Positions 37,545 to 49,973 are shown, counted from the first letter of the whole stretch. The stretch: DNA of 63,667 nucleotides, filler included, from Octopus bimaculoides (GCF_001194135.2; 7 parts of 6 records of this genome joined end to end with filler, not necessarily neighbours in it); one strand, 5' to 3'. Numbers and translations: made by a program. The notes: generated by a model from the sequence alone, not told the origin.

Positions 37545-37671
37545 TGAAAATACCTTAGGAATGAAAACCCAGGTTCGAAATTTCCCCCAGACGCCTGATG
37601 AAGGCTGGAGGGTATATCAGCCGAAACGTTGTGTAACAACAAACAAGATGAGGACAAATATCCGTCAAATG
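37545..37671 (+). mobile_element. Short (~125 bp) hammerhead-bearing PLE-type repeat, PRCC intron 4
   Basis: Near-identical reverse-complement copy at 39668-39795. Sits between (AAT)n and (CAT)n. Confidence 0.75.
37590..37635 (+). ncRNA. Minimal type-I hammerhead ribozyme motif, sense to PRCC
   Basis: ACGC-CTGATGA-A-GGCTG(GAGGGTATAT)CAGCC-GAAA-CG-TT-GTGT. Stem I ACGC/GTGT, stem II GGCTG/CAGCC, palindromic AACGTT, GUU triplet ending at 37630. Confidence 0.72.
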
Positions 37672-37672
37672 T

Positions 37673-38033
37673 CATCATCATCATCATCGTTTAACGTCTG
37701 CTTTCCATGCTAGCATGGGTTGGACGATTTGACTGAGGACTGGTGAAACCAGATGGCTACACCAGGCTCCAATCTGATTTGGCAGAGTTTCTACAGCTGA
37801 ATGCCCTTCCTAACGCCAACCCTTCCGAGAGTGAATTGGGTGCTTTTACGTGTCACCGGCACGAAGGCCAGTCAGGCAGTACTGGCAATGGCCACGCTCA
37901 GAATGGTATATTTTATGTGCCACCCGCACAAGAGCCAGTCCAGGGGCACTGGCAACGATCTCGCTCGAAAATCCTTACACATGTCATGGGCACAAGTGCC
38001 AGAAAGGCGACGCTGGGCTCAGGTGCTATCCCG
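37673..38033 (-). mobile_element. Family A RTE-tail/SINE, PRCC intron 4
   Basis: Reverse complement of 35602-35958. The same spurious ORF is read on opposite strands in the ORF track. Confidence 0.9.
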
Positions 38034-38218
38034 ATTTTGCTTTCGCTTAAAAATGTAAATAATAAAATATATGCCGTTTGTTTCTAAGTTTAAAACAACA
38101 TTACTCAGTTGTCTACTCCACTTCTATTGTAAGAAGCACTCTGCGGATTATGTGTTGTGCATCTTCTACTCATTCTTAAATATTCATGATTAATTGTTTT
38201 CACACCTTTGTCTTGCAG

Positions 38219-38320
38219 GAATTAGTACAACCAGACCAGGACCGTTTAGCAACTCCTGATGATGATCCTGAGCTTGCCGGTCCATCTATGAACATTGACA
38301 CACTTCTTCAGGATGAACAG
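38219..38320 (+). CDS. PRCC: PRCC coding exon 5 (102 nt); gene continues beyond the visible exons
   Basis: TCTTGCAG|GAA...CAG|GTAAGG. ELVQPDQDRLATPDDDPELAGPSMNIDTLLQDEQ. Phase 0-0, no stop codon. Confidence 0.75.
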
Positions 38321-38440
38321 GTAAGGTGGTGGTTGTATTTGTGTTGCTCTTGTGACGAACATATTTGTTAATGAAAATATAACACAAATGATTATGACAA
38401 ATGTCTTGCCATGTTTATTAGAATTTTATCCCTTTTGATT

Positions 38441-38790
38441 CATCATCATCGTCGTTTAACTTCCGCTTTCCATGCTAGCATGGGTTGGACGATTTGACTT
38501 GGGGGACTAGCGAACCAGATGGCTGTAACAAGTTCCATTCTGATCTGGCAGAGTTTCTACAGCTGGATGCCCTTCCTTACGCCAACCACTCCGAGAGTGT
38601 AGTGGGTGCTTTCATGTGCCACCGGCATGGGGGCCAGTCAGGCAGTACTGGCCACGGCTACGCTTGAAATGGTGTGGCACTAGCAACGAGCTCACTCAAA
38701 TGTCTTTACACGTACCACCAGCACAAGTGTCAGGGAGGCGACGTTGGTAATGATCGACGGCCACGCTTGAAATGGTGTTCAACGGCCACG
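38441..38790 (-). mobile_element. Family A RTE-tail/SINE, PRCC intron 5
   Basis: (CAT)n-CGTTTAACTTCCGCTTTCCATGCTAGCATGGG...GGATGCCCTTCCTTACGCCAACC. Confidence 0.85.
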
Positions 38791-39667
38791 CTAACATAAA
38801 CTTTTTTTTAAAAGTAATCCCATTCCTTGTGAGTGGAAAATGGTAANNNNNNNNNNNNNNNNNNNNNNNNNNNNNNNNNNNNNNNNNNNNTTAATTAATT
38901 AANNNNNNNNNNNNNNNNNNNNNNNNNNNNNNNNNNNNNNNNNNNNTAGATATGTGTGTACATGTATATGTGTATATGTAAGCATTATATATACTTTTAT
39001 GTAAACTTTGGTTCTTCCTCTTTGAGGATTCTATCACACGTTTCTATACTGTGTATACCATTTTCTGTCTCTGCCCACCTACCCACTTCCTCAATCACCC
39101 AATTCCTATGTTAACTCCTACATTTTTTGCAGCCTTTTCTTCCAATGTTTCTCCCATTTCCCTAGTGGCAATAAAACTTGCGGTATGTTCCGGTTCTTTA
39201 TGTTCTGAGTTCAAATCCTGCCGAGGTCAACTTTGCCTTTCGTCATTCCATAGCCGAAAAAATAAAGAACAAGTGAAGTATTGGGCTCGATATAATTTAA
39301 TGTACCCTTCCCCACCAAATTTCAGGCCTTGTGCTTATATTATCATTAAGCAAAAAACAATCGCACCAAGGTGGACTCTGCTTTCCTTACCTCCGAGGCT
39401 GATAGAATCAAAATACGAAGCACATACTGGGATTCCCCAGTTGTTTAGCCATGTGCATTCTTTTGGGGTGGTTAAAATAAAGTTCCTGTTAAGCACTGTA
39501 GTTGACTTACTGCCTCGTCTTAGATTTGCCGACCTGGAGCCAAACTTTGAGACTTTCATCATCATCATCGTTATTATTATTATTGTTTTTACTTTCAATC
39601 TGCATCTTTGTTACAGTCACTTGACGAAGCACACCCAGCGTCCTGGGACGAGTGAAGGATAAGAAAT

Positions 39668-39795
39668 GTTACATTATTTACATTATTTACATTTGACGGA
39701 TCTTGTTTGTTGTTAACACAACGTTTCGGCTGATATACCCTCCAGCCTTCATCAGGTGTCTTGGAGAAATTTCAAACCTGGGTTCTCATTCCTAC
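39668..39795 (-). mobile_element. Second copy of the short hammerhead-bearing repeat
   Basis: Reverse complement of 37545-37671, with a short (AAATAATGT)n tandem tail. Confidence 0.75.
39715..39760 (-). ncRNA. Minimal type-I hammerhead ribozyme motif
   Basis: Minus strand: GACAC-CTGATGA-A-GGCTG(GAGGGTATAT)CAGCC-GAAA-CG-TT-GTGTT. Stem I GACAC/GTGTT. Confidence 0.72.
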
Positions 39796-39796
39796 G

Positions 39797-39885
39797 GGCA
39801 TATGACGTAGTTGTTAAGAGCGCGGGCTACTAACCCCAAGATTCCGAGTTCGATTCCAAGCAGTGACCTGAATAATAATAATAGT
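39797..39885 (+). mobile_element. Short tRNA-derived SINE with (AAT)n tail
   Basis: A-box-like TAGTTGTTAAG and B-box GAGTTCGATTCC, followed by AATAATAAT. No complete acceptor stem. Confidence 0.65.
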
Positions 39886-39960
39886 TATAATTATTATTAT
39901 TTTTATTATTATTATTATTATTATCATTATACTAAGCTCAACTGGTTAAGGTCAAACAAC

Positions 39961-40028
<68 letters not shown>

Positions 40029-40385
40029 GTTGTTTTTTTTTTCTTCTTTCTTCAAATTTTCTTCCATTTCTCGCCGAGTGTTTTCCGTACACCTAGGGCA
40101 GAGAAACTCGTTGTATGCATTCCCAGTTTACACACGCAAATTCACAGGTAAAACATGTATTTAAGAAAACAAAAAAAAAATTCATGAATGGATGTTGTTT
40201 TCACAGCGATAATGCTCTTCTCAGTACATGAGTCGTTCCAGTTAGCACGATTTTTTGCACTTCCTGTAGGGATGGTAAGCCTGGTATCATTTTCAAATAG
40301 GTTTCAGTACCTTTTTTATCATTCCTAGAGATCCTACAATCACTGGTATGGTAGTCGCCTTAAGGTGCCACATTTATTTCAATTA

Positions 40386-40428
<43 letters not shown>

Positions 40429-40699
40429 AGGAATTATTATTATTATAGCCGCCATACTGTGAAGTCACGGAAATTTGGTGTTCCGTAAGTTGAAAAAGTA
40501 TTTGTAAACTTTTCGGCCTTCTAATGCCCGGCCTTTTCATTTCTGTTGTTACCATTATATTTCGGAGATTGTCTGGATTGTGCAGATAATATTTTTGTCT
40601 AGAAACACACCCAGTTTTGCAAGGGGTGCGCATAAATATTTTTTTAATTTAACTACTTTCGGCGAAAACAAATATTTCGCAATCTTCTGCAATTTTTTA

Positions 40700-43450
40700 A
40701 AGATAATGATAAAGAAGCAATCATAATGTTCGATAACGAAACGCGCACCTTCAGAAATTTTGAGAACAATGAAAGAAATGGGAATGTTAACACCGAATGG
40801 TCTAAACTTAATGACGTCTCTGGGGTTAAAAAATCTTTTGTCTCTAAACAACATCAAAACTTTAGGAGTCAACAAAGAGAACACCAACAGCAACAGCAGT
40901 AACAGTGACAACAGTGGCAGCAGTGACAGCAGCAACAACAACAATAACAACAATAAAACAACAATAATAACAGCAACAACAACACGAAAGAAATAAAACA
41001 TATAAATGCAAATATCGCCCGTTTCTTTTGCGTCAGAAAATGCTCCCAAGTGAGAAGTTAAAAAATGCCTTGGGTGCGTGTGGGAACAAAAGACCCACAT
41101 CACCCGAGGAAAGAAGTTTGGAACCATTGAGGTGAGATTTGGTGCGGAAGAAGCTAGATGTAATTCCGCAATCACTTTGAAGAATGACAACTTTCTCTTA
41201 ATCTCCAGCTATTGCGGCCAACGTCTTGCTAAGATTAGGGTGCTGAATGTGCCGCCAGAAATATCCATTACCTGGTTAGTGACGGCTGTCTTGGCAGGTT
41301 TAGAAGACGAAGTCATAATACTGGAGGTCAAAAACTACCTAAGCAAGACTGGTTAGGTATAGGTATGGAACTGACCTTGCAATGCAAGCAGGACCATATC
41401 GACCAGCTGCCCGATCTAATCGATCTCCCGGGTCGCACTCACCTGTCAGTGTTCGTGGAGGGTAGAAAGCCACGATGCCATAAATGTGGATCTGTAAAAC
41501 ACTTACAGGTTTCCTACGCTAAAACAAAGAAAATGAAGTCTCACCGCAGCCAACAAGTGCTAAATCATAAACAAGTGCATAAGACTTTAGCACCTTCTCC
41601 CACTCCCAAACCAAGACAATGAAGGAGTCTACTCCCCGGTTTCCACAGAAAAGCAAGCTTCTCCTGAATGCTCTTCCTCCCAAACGAATTCTATGTTTTC
41701 ATGCCAGATTTGTTTGACAGCCACTTGGCATATGTCTACAGTAACCTGGTCGGGGAGGCACAAACGTGCCCAATACCAAGCAGGTCTATCCACGGCAACC
41801 TCCACCTCAAGCTGGCTTCGGTGGAGCCTTGATCAATTTAAATCAGTCTAAATCTTTCGATAAGGTAGACCATCGCTACTTGGAAGCCGTCCTTAAAGCG
41901 ACTGGTTTTGGACTCCTTATTAGAGGTGGATTGTTGCAATGCACAGCGGCACCTGCTCGGTGGTCAAAGTAAATGGCCACCTATCGGAACCGTTTTGTAT
42001 GGCATGTTCGGTACGTCAGGGCTGCCCGCTGTCACTTCTTCTGTATGTGCTGGCTCTCGAGCTGCTGCTGCGGAAGATGGAATAGTTAAGAGGCATTCCT
42101 TTCAAAATTGAACTCGGGAGGGCAGTGTCTGCATACACGGACGACGTTACCGTCATGGTGTCGGACGCCTCCGAAGTGGTGACGGTCGGCCCCATTGTAA
42201 AGGAATATGAGTCGGTCGCAGGGGTTAAAATCAATGCCGACAAGNNNNNNNNNNNNNNNNNNNNNNNNNNNNNNNNNNNNNNNNNNNNNNNNNNNNNNNN
42301 NNNNNNNNNNNNNNNNNNNNNNNNNNNNNNNNNNNNNNNNNNNNNNNNNNNNNNNNNNNNNNNNNNNNNNNNNNNNNNNNNNNNNNNNNNNNNNNNNNNN
42401 NNNNNNNNNNNNNNNNNNNNNNNNNNNNNNNNNNNNNNNNNNNNNNNNNNNNNNNNNNNNNNNNNNNNNNNNNNNNNNNNNNNNNNNNNNNNNNNNNNNN
42501 NNNNNNNNNNNNNNNNNNNNNNNNNNNNNNNNNNNNNNNNNNNNNNNNNNNNNNNNNNNNNNNNNNNNNNNNNNNNNNNNNNNNNNNNNNNNNNNNNNNN
42601 NNNNNNNNNNNNNNNNNNNNNNNNNNNNNNNNNNNNNNNNNNNNNNNNNNNNNNNNNNNNNNNNNNNNNNNNNNNNNNNNNNNNNNNNNNNNNNNNNNNN
42701 NNNNNNNNNNNNNNNNNNNNNNNNNNNNNNNNNNNNNNNNNNNNNNNNNNNNNNNNNNNNNNNNNNNNNNNNNNNNNNNNNNNNNNNNNNNNNNNNNNNN
42801 NNNNNNNNNNNNNNNNNNNNNNNNNNNNNNNNNNNNNNNNNNNNNNNNNNNNNNNNNNNNNNNNNNNNNNNNNNNNNNNNNNNNNNNNNNNNNNNNNNNN
42901 NNNNNNNNNNNNNNNNNNNNNNNNNNNNNNNNNNNNNNNNNNNNNNNNNNNNNNNNNNNNNNNNNNNNNNNNNNNNNNNNNNNNNNNNNNNNNNNNNNNN
43001 NNNNNNNNNNNNNNNNNNNNNNNNNNNNNNNNNNNNNNNNNNNNNNNNNNNNNNNNNNNNNNNNNNNNNNNNNNNNNNTGAGAGGGAGGTGCTGTCCTCG
43101 AGTGAATTTATGAAAAGGTGGCTGAAAGTTGCGAAAATGGCAAGTGTGGATGGTACCAAACTCAGTGTAGACCTGTGAGTCTGAAGAAAGGAGTTGGAGT
43201 GGGCTCTCATTCTTGGTACTCAGGGTGATCCTGGATGGTGGGGTTCCTTGATTATACCTAGAGGTCCTCCTGAATCAGGATCCTCCCCCCCCTCTTTTTC
43301 TAGTGTGGTATACTATGTATACTTCCCTTCTTCTAATGTATACCGTGTATAATCTTTATTTTATCATTCCATTATATGCAAACCCCTACTCTTTATGTCT
43401 GTCTTCGTATTGTCCCCCCTCATCCTTCTCCCTAGCAGCAAATAAAAAAA
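40700..43450 (+). mobile_element. Tx1/L1-group non-LTR retrotransposon remnant (ORF1 zinc knuckle, RT, 3' UTR, poly(A))
   Basis: RVLNVPPEI; VFVEGRKPRCHKCGSVKH (knuckle); GALINLNQSKSFDKVDHRYL; RQGCPLS; SAYTDDVTV...KINADK; after the gap ER..LSSSEFMKRW* and AAATAAAAAAA near 43440. Endonuclease region missing. 5' boundary approximate. Confidence 0.78.
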
Positions 43451-43460
43451 TCATTATTAC

Positions 43461-43493
<33 letters not shown>

Positions 43494-43549
43494 CATTATT
43501 ATTATTATTATTACTGTTGTTTTTGTTATTGTTGTTGTTGTCATTTTTT

Positions 43550-43722
43550 AGGCGGCGAGCTGGTAGAATTGCTCTGATTGATTCTGAATGTGTGGTTCTT
43601 CCTCTCTCACAGAACGCTTAGTGGTATTTGGTCCGTCTTTTATCCTTTCGGAGCCGATAAGTATCAATTGATGTAATCGACTTAGCCCTTCCCTTTAAAT
43701 TGCTGGCCTTGTGCCAGAATTT
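43550..43722 (+). mobile_element. SINE family C (tRNA-like head GGCGGCGAGCTGG, Meta-like domain)
   Basis: GGCGGCGAGCTGGTAGAAT...TTTATCCTTTCGGAGCCGATAAGTA...GGCCTTGTGCC, then (ATC)n. Confidence 0.6.
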
Positions 43723-43734
43723 GAAATCATCATT

Positions 43735-43765
<31 letters not shown>

Positions 43766-43766
43766 A

Positions 43767-43813
<47 letters not shown>

Positions 43814-43900
43814 CCTTCATCATCATCATCATCATTATGATCATTGTCATCATCATCGTCATTATCATCATGATCATAATCAGCGTCATCATGATCATAA
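43722..43900. repeat. (ATC)n microsatellite
   Basis: Long imperfect CAT repeat. Confidence 0.95.
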
Positions 43901-44044
43901 GAGTTGGTGGGGTTATCATAGTTATAGTTGTTTTATCTCCTTGTCCATATTTCATAATCCATTTTCTCATTGCCTTTCTGGATTTGAATCTCTACTCTTA
44001 TCTGTTCGTCGACCTCTATGTATGTATGCATGCATTTATTTATG

Positions 44045-44190
44045 TATAAATAGATAGATAGATAGATAGATACATACATACATACATACATACATACATA
44101 CATACATACATACATGCACACATACATACATACATACATACATACATACATACATACATACATACATACATACATACATACATACATGAA
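44045..44190. repeat. (ATAG)n(ATAC)n compound microsatellite
   Basis: Direct reading. Confidence 0.95.
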
Positions 44191-44317
44191 TAGACAGACA
44201 AACACACACAGACAAACAGTCAAAAAGACAAACAGACAGACAGACAGATAAATATAGGATAGAATGATAGAAAGACGTATACATATATATGTATGTATAT
44301 ACACATGTATCTGCATA

Positions 44318-45270
44318 TACTGGGTCATCCCATAAATAATGCGGTTTTTATACTTTTATTTTTCAAAATATACTCTTCATTTTCTACAATGCTCTTCCAT
44401 CTATCTGGTAGACTTGCAAGGCCCCTCTTCCAAAATTCACTAGTCCCTGACGGAAAAATACTCCTCCAGTACTGTTCTGACTTCGTTTGGGTTTAAAAGT
44501 TAAGTGGACTAAACCTTTCATATCCCACCAAACAGATAACAACACCTTACGTGGGTGAATACCTTCTTTAGCCTGGGGCGCCGGTGTTTCTGTTTTCTCT
44601 TTTCTTCAGCGCTTGACATTTTTGTAGAGAACACATTTCTCGTCACCAGTCACTATTCGGTCGAAAAACGGTTCATTCGTGAAATGTGACTGCAAAGAAG
44701 AGCACACATTCATTCTCTGCGCCCGATTAAACTCGGAAAGTTTGTGAGGAACCCATTGACACAATTTGCTGACCTTTTCGATGCCACGCAGGTGTCGATC
44801 AATGGTTCAATGACCAAAACCTAGCTTCTCTGCTAGTTCCTCAACCGTTAAGATGGGATTTTGTTCCACTAGGTTTTGCAGTACTACAGATCTTCCAGGA
44901 CGAGGCTCGTCTTCTATGCTGTACTTTCTGACTTAAAATTTCTGGAACCACCATTGACACTGGCTTACGCTAATTGTCCGATCACCATTTACTGCATCAA
45001 TATTCCTAGCACTTTCCGTTACGTTGTTGCCTTTATTGAATTCATAAATCAAAATATGCCGAATATGCTCCTTTGTCACTTCTATTATAGCTTTGAAAAA
45101 ATAACTGTTAAAATCGAACTGCACTCTTCAAAGCTTGCACTAAGAATAAGTACAAGGTAAAATTACTACCTGCTTTTATAGCAAGTTGATACTGGTACTT
45201 TATCCCGTCCCTCTCTGACTTTTAGTTCATGCAGTTGAAAAAACAGCATTATTTATAGGATGGGCCAATA
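44318..45270 (-). mobile_element. Mariner transposon, internally deleted, both TIRs present
   Basis: 31-bp TIRs at 44318-44348 and 45240-45270 (26/31 match), TA-flanked. Minus strand: KEHIRHILIYEFNKG..ARNI...WFQKF (mariner HTH), RIVTGDEK, LPDRWKSIVEN. The remaining DDD residues are deleted. Confidence 0.88.
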
Positions 45271-45856
45271 TATGCAAAATGTAGACGTACATATACATAC
45301 ATACACATATATATACAAGGGCACACGCATACAAAAATACATGTGGTGTGAGATGTATACATAGATACATACAGCCAAACTGTCTTTCTTGTTCTATGTA
45401 TCCATCCAAGACAAATTTTTCTCCCTCCTCCTTTCCTGCTAGCTTTTCTCCCTCTTCTTCTTTATCTTTCTTCCTCACTCTCTCTTTCTCTCTATCTCTC
45501 CCTCTCTCGTTCTCCTTCTCTTTCACCTTCATTTGTTTCGTTAATCTTATCTATATTTGTATTTCTATCGTTATCACTTCCTCCATATTCCTGTTTTCCT
45601 TATTTGAATGATTTTTGTGCGCATCTGTGTGTATACATATACGTGAGCCTATTCTGTGCGTGGATATTTTATGCTTATGCAATGCGCACATACACACATA
45701 TACAAATGTATAAATCTATGCATCTGCACTATATGTCTACGTAGATACATTTACATACATGCACACGCACATGCATACACGCATAATATATACACACCCA
45801 CACACCATATATTTATGAATATATATATATTTATTTATTACCACAGCCACTGACAC

Positions 45857-45901
<45 letters not shown>

Positions 45902-46096
45902 NNNNNNNNNNATATATATATATATATATGCATATATATATGCATATATGCATATATATATGCATTTATTTATTTATATCTATGTTTATATATATATTTA
46001 TGCATATATATATATATACATACCTGTGTGTGTATACATATACATACAAATATATTTATATAAACAGAGATATACATACATATTTATATATATGTA

Positions 46097-46128
<32 letters not shown>

Positions 46129-46889
46129 NNNNNNNNNNNNNNNNNNNNNNNNNNNNNNNNNNNNNNNNNNNNNNNNNNNNNNNNNNNNNNNNNNNNNNNN
46201 NNNNNNNNNNNNNNNNNNNNNNNNNNNNNNNNNNNNNNNNNNNNNNNNNNNNNNNNNNNNNNNNNNNNNNNNNNNNNNNNNNNNNNNNNNNNNNNNNNNN
46301 NNNNNNNNNNNNNNNNNNNNNNNNNNNNNNNNNNNNNNNNNNNNNNNNNNNNNNNNNNNNNNNNNNNNNNNNNNNNNNNNNNNNNNNNNNNNNNNNTATA
46401 TATATATATATATATATATATATGCATGTATACATGTATATATATGATCTCAACAATGCAACACAATTAAAAACCACATGCAAAAAAGACATTCACACAA
46501 AAACAACAGAAAACGTGAACTCGTACACCACACCTCACACAAGCACCCACCCGCCCACAGACACGCTCATATACATCTGCAAAAACGCCTACATATACAC
46601 TCGCAAGTTCACTCTACGCACACACACATATACACACACACACATGAAGCAATAAGCTCCACCACGGACGCCGCCACCACAACCACCAACCACTATTACA
46701 CTTTTGTTTTCTATGGATCTGTAAGTCAAACAATCAGACGCTGTCTTCAAATACATTTGACGTCATTATCTGAGGTGCCCCCAGGGTTGTCACCATAAAC
46801 TTGCTTACAAGAAGCTTTTATTTCCTGTTCGCCGTTTTAACGCTTGCAATGAGGAAATCTGTACAAATACCTATGCTTCTATATATAGT

Positions 46890-47479
46890 GTGCTTCTAAG
46901 TGTGTGTACATGTGGGTTTGTGTGTGTTTCTAAGTGTGTGTATGTGTGTGTTTCTAAGTGTGTGAGTGTGTCTTTGTGTGTGGTGTGCGTAGAGTGTACT
47001 CGCGAGTGTAGGCGTTTTTGTAGATGTATATGAGCGTGTGTTTGCGTATATGTATGTATGTATGGATGTATGTATTTTTGTGTGTACCTGCACGTGTATG
47101 TTTAGGCATGTTTGTCAATATATGCATACATCTGTTTCTGAGACTGTGTGTGTGTGTGTTTGTACGTTGTACCTGCATTGTTGTATGATTATGCCGTTGA
47201 TTGTATGTTTCATCGTTTCAATGTGTGTGTTGTGTGAGTGCGCGTGGGTATTTTTACATGGTAGAGAGAGAGGAAGTGTGTATGCGTCTGTGTGTGTGTG
47301 ATTGTGTACGTGCTTGTTAATAAGTGTATGAGTGCATCTATGTGCATGCGAGTATGCACAAGCGTGCGTTTTCATGTTGCTGCAACCTTGTGCATACATA
47401 TACCTCTCTTTAAGTATGTGTACATGTGTATGTTTTTGTGTACGTATATTTGAGAATGTATATGAACATGCATAAATAT

Positions 47480-47551
<72 letters not shown>

Positions 47552-47556
47552 TTATT

Positions 47557-47589
<33 letters not shown>

Positions 47590-48350
47590 GTATATACTTA
47601 TAGATATACATACACACATATATATGTATACACATTATATGCATATATATATACACACACACACTCACTCACACACATATATATATGTATACACATTATA
47701 TGCATATACACATGCACACACTCACACACATATATATAAATATATACATTATATGCATATATACACACACACACTCACACACATATATATGTATACACGT
47801 TATATGCATATATATATTTATATGTATCTATACTATTTATATATATGAATAAATGTTTACGTCAGTAAGAGAGGATTTGTATTAATAATTGTACGTTCTA
47901 TGTTTTGGTGTACAATTGTAGCTACATGTATTAAATTGCTCGGGCATGCAGAAATGTATATATGCAGCTAACTATGGATGGGTATCTAGTTGTTTTTGTT
48001 GCACATGTTCGTGTGCATATGTGTATATATAAATATATACATACGCATATACAATAGCAAACGCACGCACACACACGTACACAGCAACGCACATACACAC
48101 AACATACACATACACACAAACACACACGCACGCACAGAAAACATACACATACACACACGCGCACATACAAAATACACACACACACGTACACGTACCTAAC
48201 ACCGACAACCCCACACAAACACGAACACACACACACCCAAATAACCACCTGTTGACCTTCTACCTACACTGTCTATAGCGTCCACTAACCAGTCCTGCTA
48301 CTAATTTCTTCCACTACGTCATACACACACACACACACACACAAACACAC
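46890..48350. repeat. Extended degenerate TG/CA/TA microsatellite field
   Basis: About 1.4 kb of imperfect dinucleotide-based repeats. Confidence 0.9.
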
Positions 48351-48456
48351 TAACAGNNNNNNNNNNNNNNNNNNNNNNNNNNNNNNNNNNNNNNNNNNNN
48401 TTAATTAATTAANNNNNNNNNNNNNNNNNNNNNNNNNNNNNNNNNNNNNNNNNNNN

Positions 48457-48544
<88 letters not shown>

Positions 48545-48562
48545 CATCATCATCATCATCAT

Positions 48563-48951
48563 CTTGGCACAGCTTCTAACGCTGGAAGTGTACTACGGTG
48601 TCAGCAGCTCACTACCAGTTAACTAACTTAACGCTTCTTATTTTTGGAGCACCAACCGGAATATTCGAGCGGTTCCAAGGAGTGATGTTTTCTGCAAGTG
48701 CCCCACCCTTATTGCAGCCCCTATTTGTTCCATGTACTTTTCAAGATTTTTAATCACTGTTCACTGTTCCTAGGACTCCGATAATTATTGGTACTACTAC
48801 CACCATTTTCTGCAACCACAACTGCTTAACCCCCCAAGCTAACCTGTCGTTTCTACCTAACTTTCTTTCTTCCTTATCGCATTACTTTGTTTTCTGCTTG
48901 GTATGCTATATTTATGATCCGGTACCATTTGCTTTGTTTCTCAATTAACAC
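48563..48951 (-). mobile_element. RLE-type (R4/Dong/NeSL-group) non-LTR retrotransposon 3' fragment
   Basis: VLIEKQ...IINIA...KQLWLQKMVVVVPIIIGVLGTV..KNLEKYMEQIG..IRVGHLQKTSLLGTARIFRLVLQK*, then a short UTR and (GAT)n(AAT)n. Confidence 0.85.
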
Positions 48952-49931
48952 TTATTATTATTATTAGAAGTAGTAGTGGTATTATTATGTTGTTATATTC
49001 ATTATTATTATTTCAATTGTTACTGTTGTGGATGTGAGTGTTGCTTTAATCTGTTTCTTTACCATTCCTGATTGTTCTAATGTATGATTATATATTTGCT
49101 TGCATCTTATACGCAAGTGTTAATCTATTATTCTGTCTTATTTTAACCAGCATACTGTAGTATTTATAGATTTTGGTATTTAAATTTTTAATAGTATTCG
49201 TTTCAGTGTATATTGGAACCCATTAACATTAGCAAATAGAATAGGGGGAAAAACCATCATTTTGTCACTGGGATATATTGTTATATCTTTAGAAAATGTG
49301 TTATATAGAGTGGAGCATATTATCTACCTATACCAAACTTGTGCTATATATTATCGCTTTCATTCCTATTACACAAATATTCATCCACGTACAATTTTAC
49401 ACGACTGCGTTAAAACTCTGTGGAAAGAATGCTTTTCGGTTATATTGTCTTTTACGCTTATTTGATTTTATTGAGTTTTATCTTTATTCCGTTGGTTTGA
49501 AAGAAAAATTAATGCGTATTGTACACACAGAGATAATATTCAAGACAGCTTCAGACTAGTATCTTTATTTGTATAATTTATCTTCTTTGTCCATTCTCAT
49601 TCTACTCCGAACTTTCACCGGGGGCCATTTACCATCTTATATTTCTAGGTATATGTGTGGTAGCATTTTATTAAATTATTTTCTCTTATATTATATCATA
49701 AATCCCGTAACAAAATTTCTCAATCTCTGTAATCTAAACAGGGTTATTTAGTGAATTACGAATGTAGCTTCTCCATGCATTTTATTATTTGCTTTCCCAT
49801 ATTAGCAGAGGGCAAACAAAGGATTTTGTAACGCTTTACCTCGATCTTAGCACATAGCTTTGATTTCTCTATTAATTTAGCAAATTCACATATAATTTTG
49901 AAATATGCGAATGTGTGTGTGTATGTTCGAA

Positions 49932-49973
<42 letters not shown>

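Noticed and set aside
35578-38087. Near-identical ~100-aa ORFs on opposite strands (35578-35892 and 37743-38087)
   Set aside because: They are antisense readings of family-A repeat copies. No splice or domain support.
39797-39870. tRNA-like sequence (also 59547-59620)
   Set aside because: A and B boxes are present, but there is no complete cloverleaf and a simple-repeat tail or SINE body follows. These are SINE heads.
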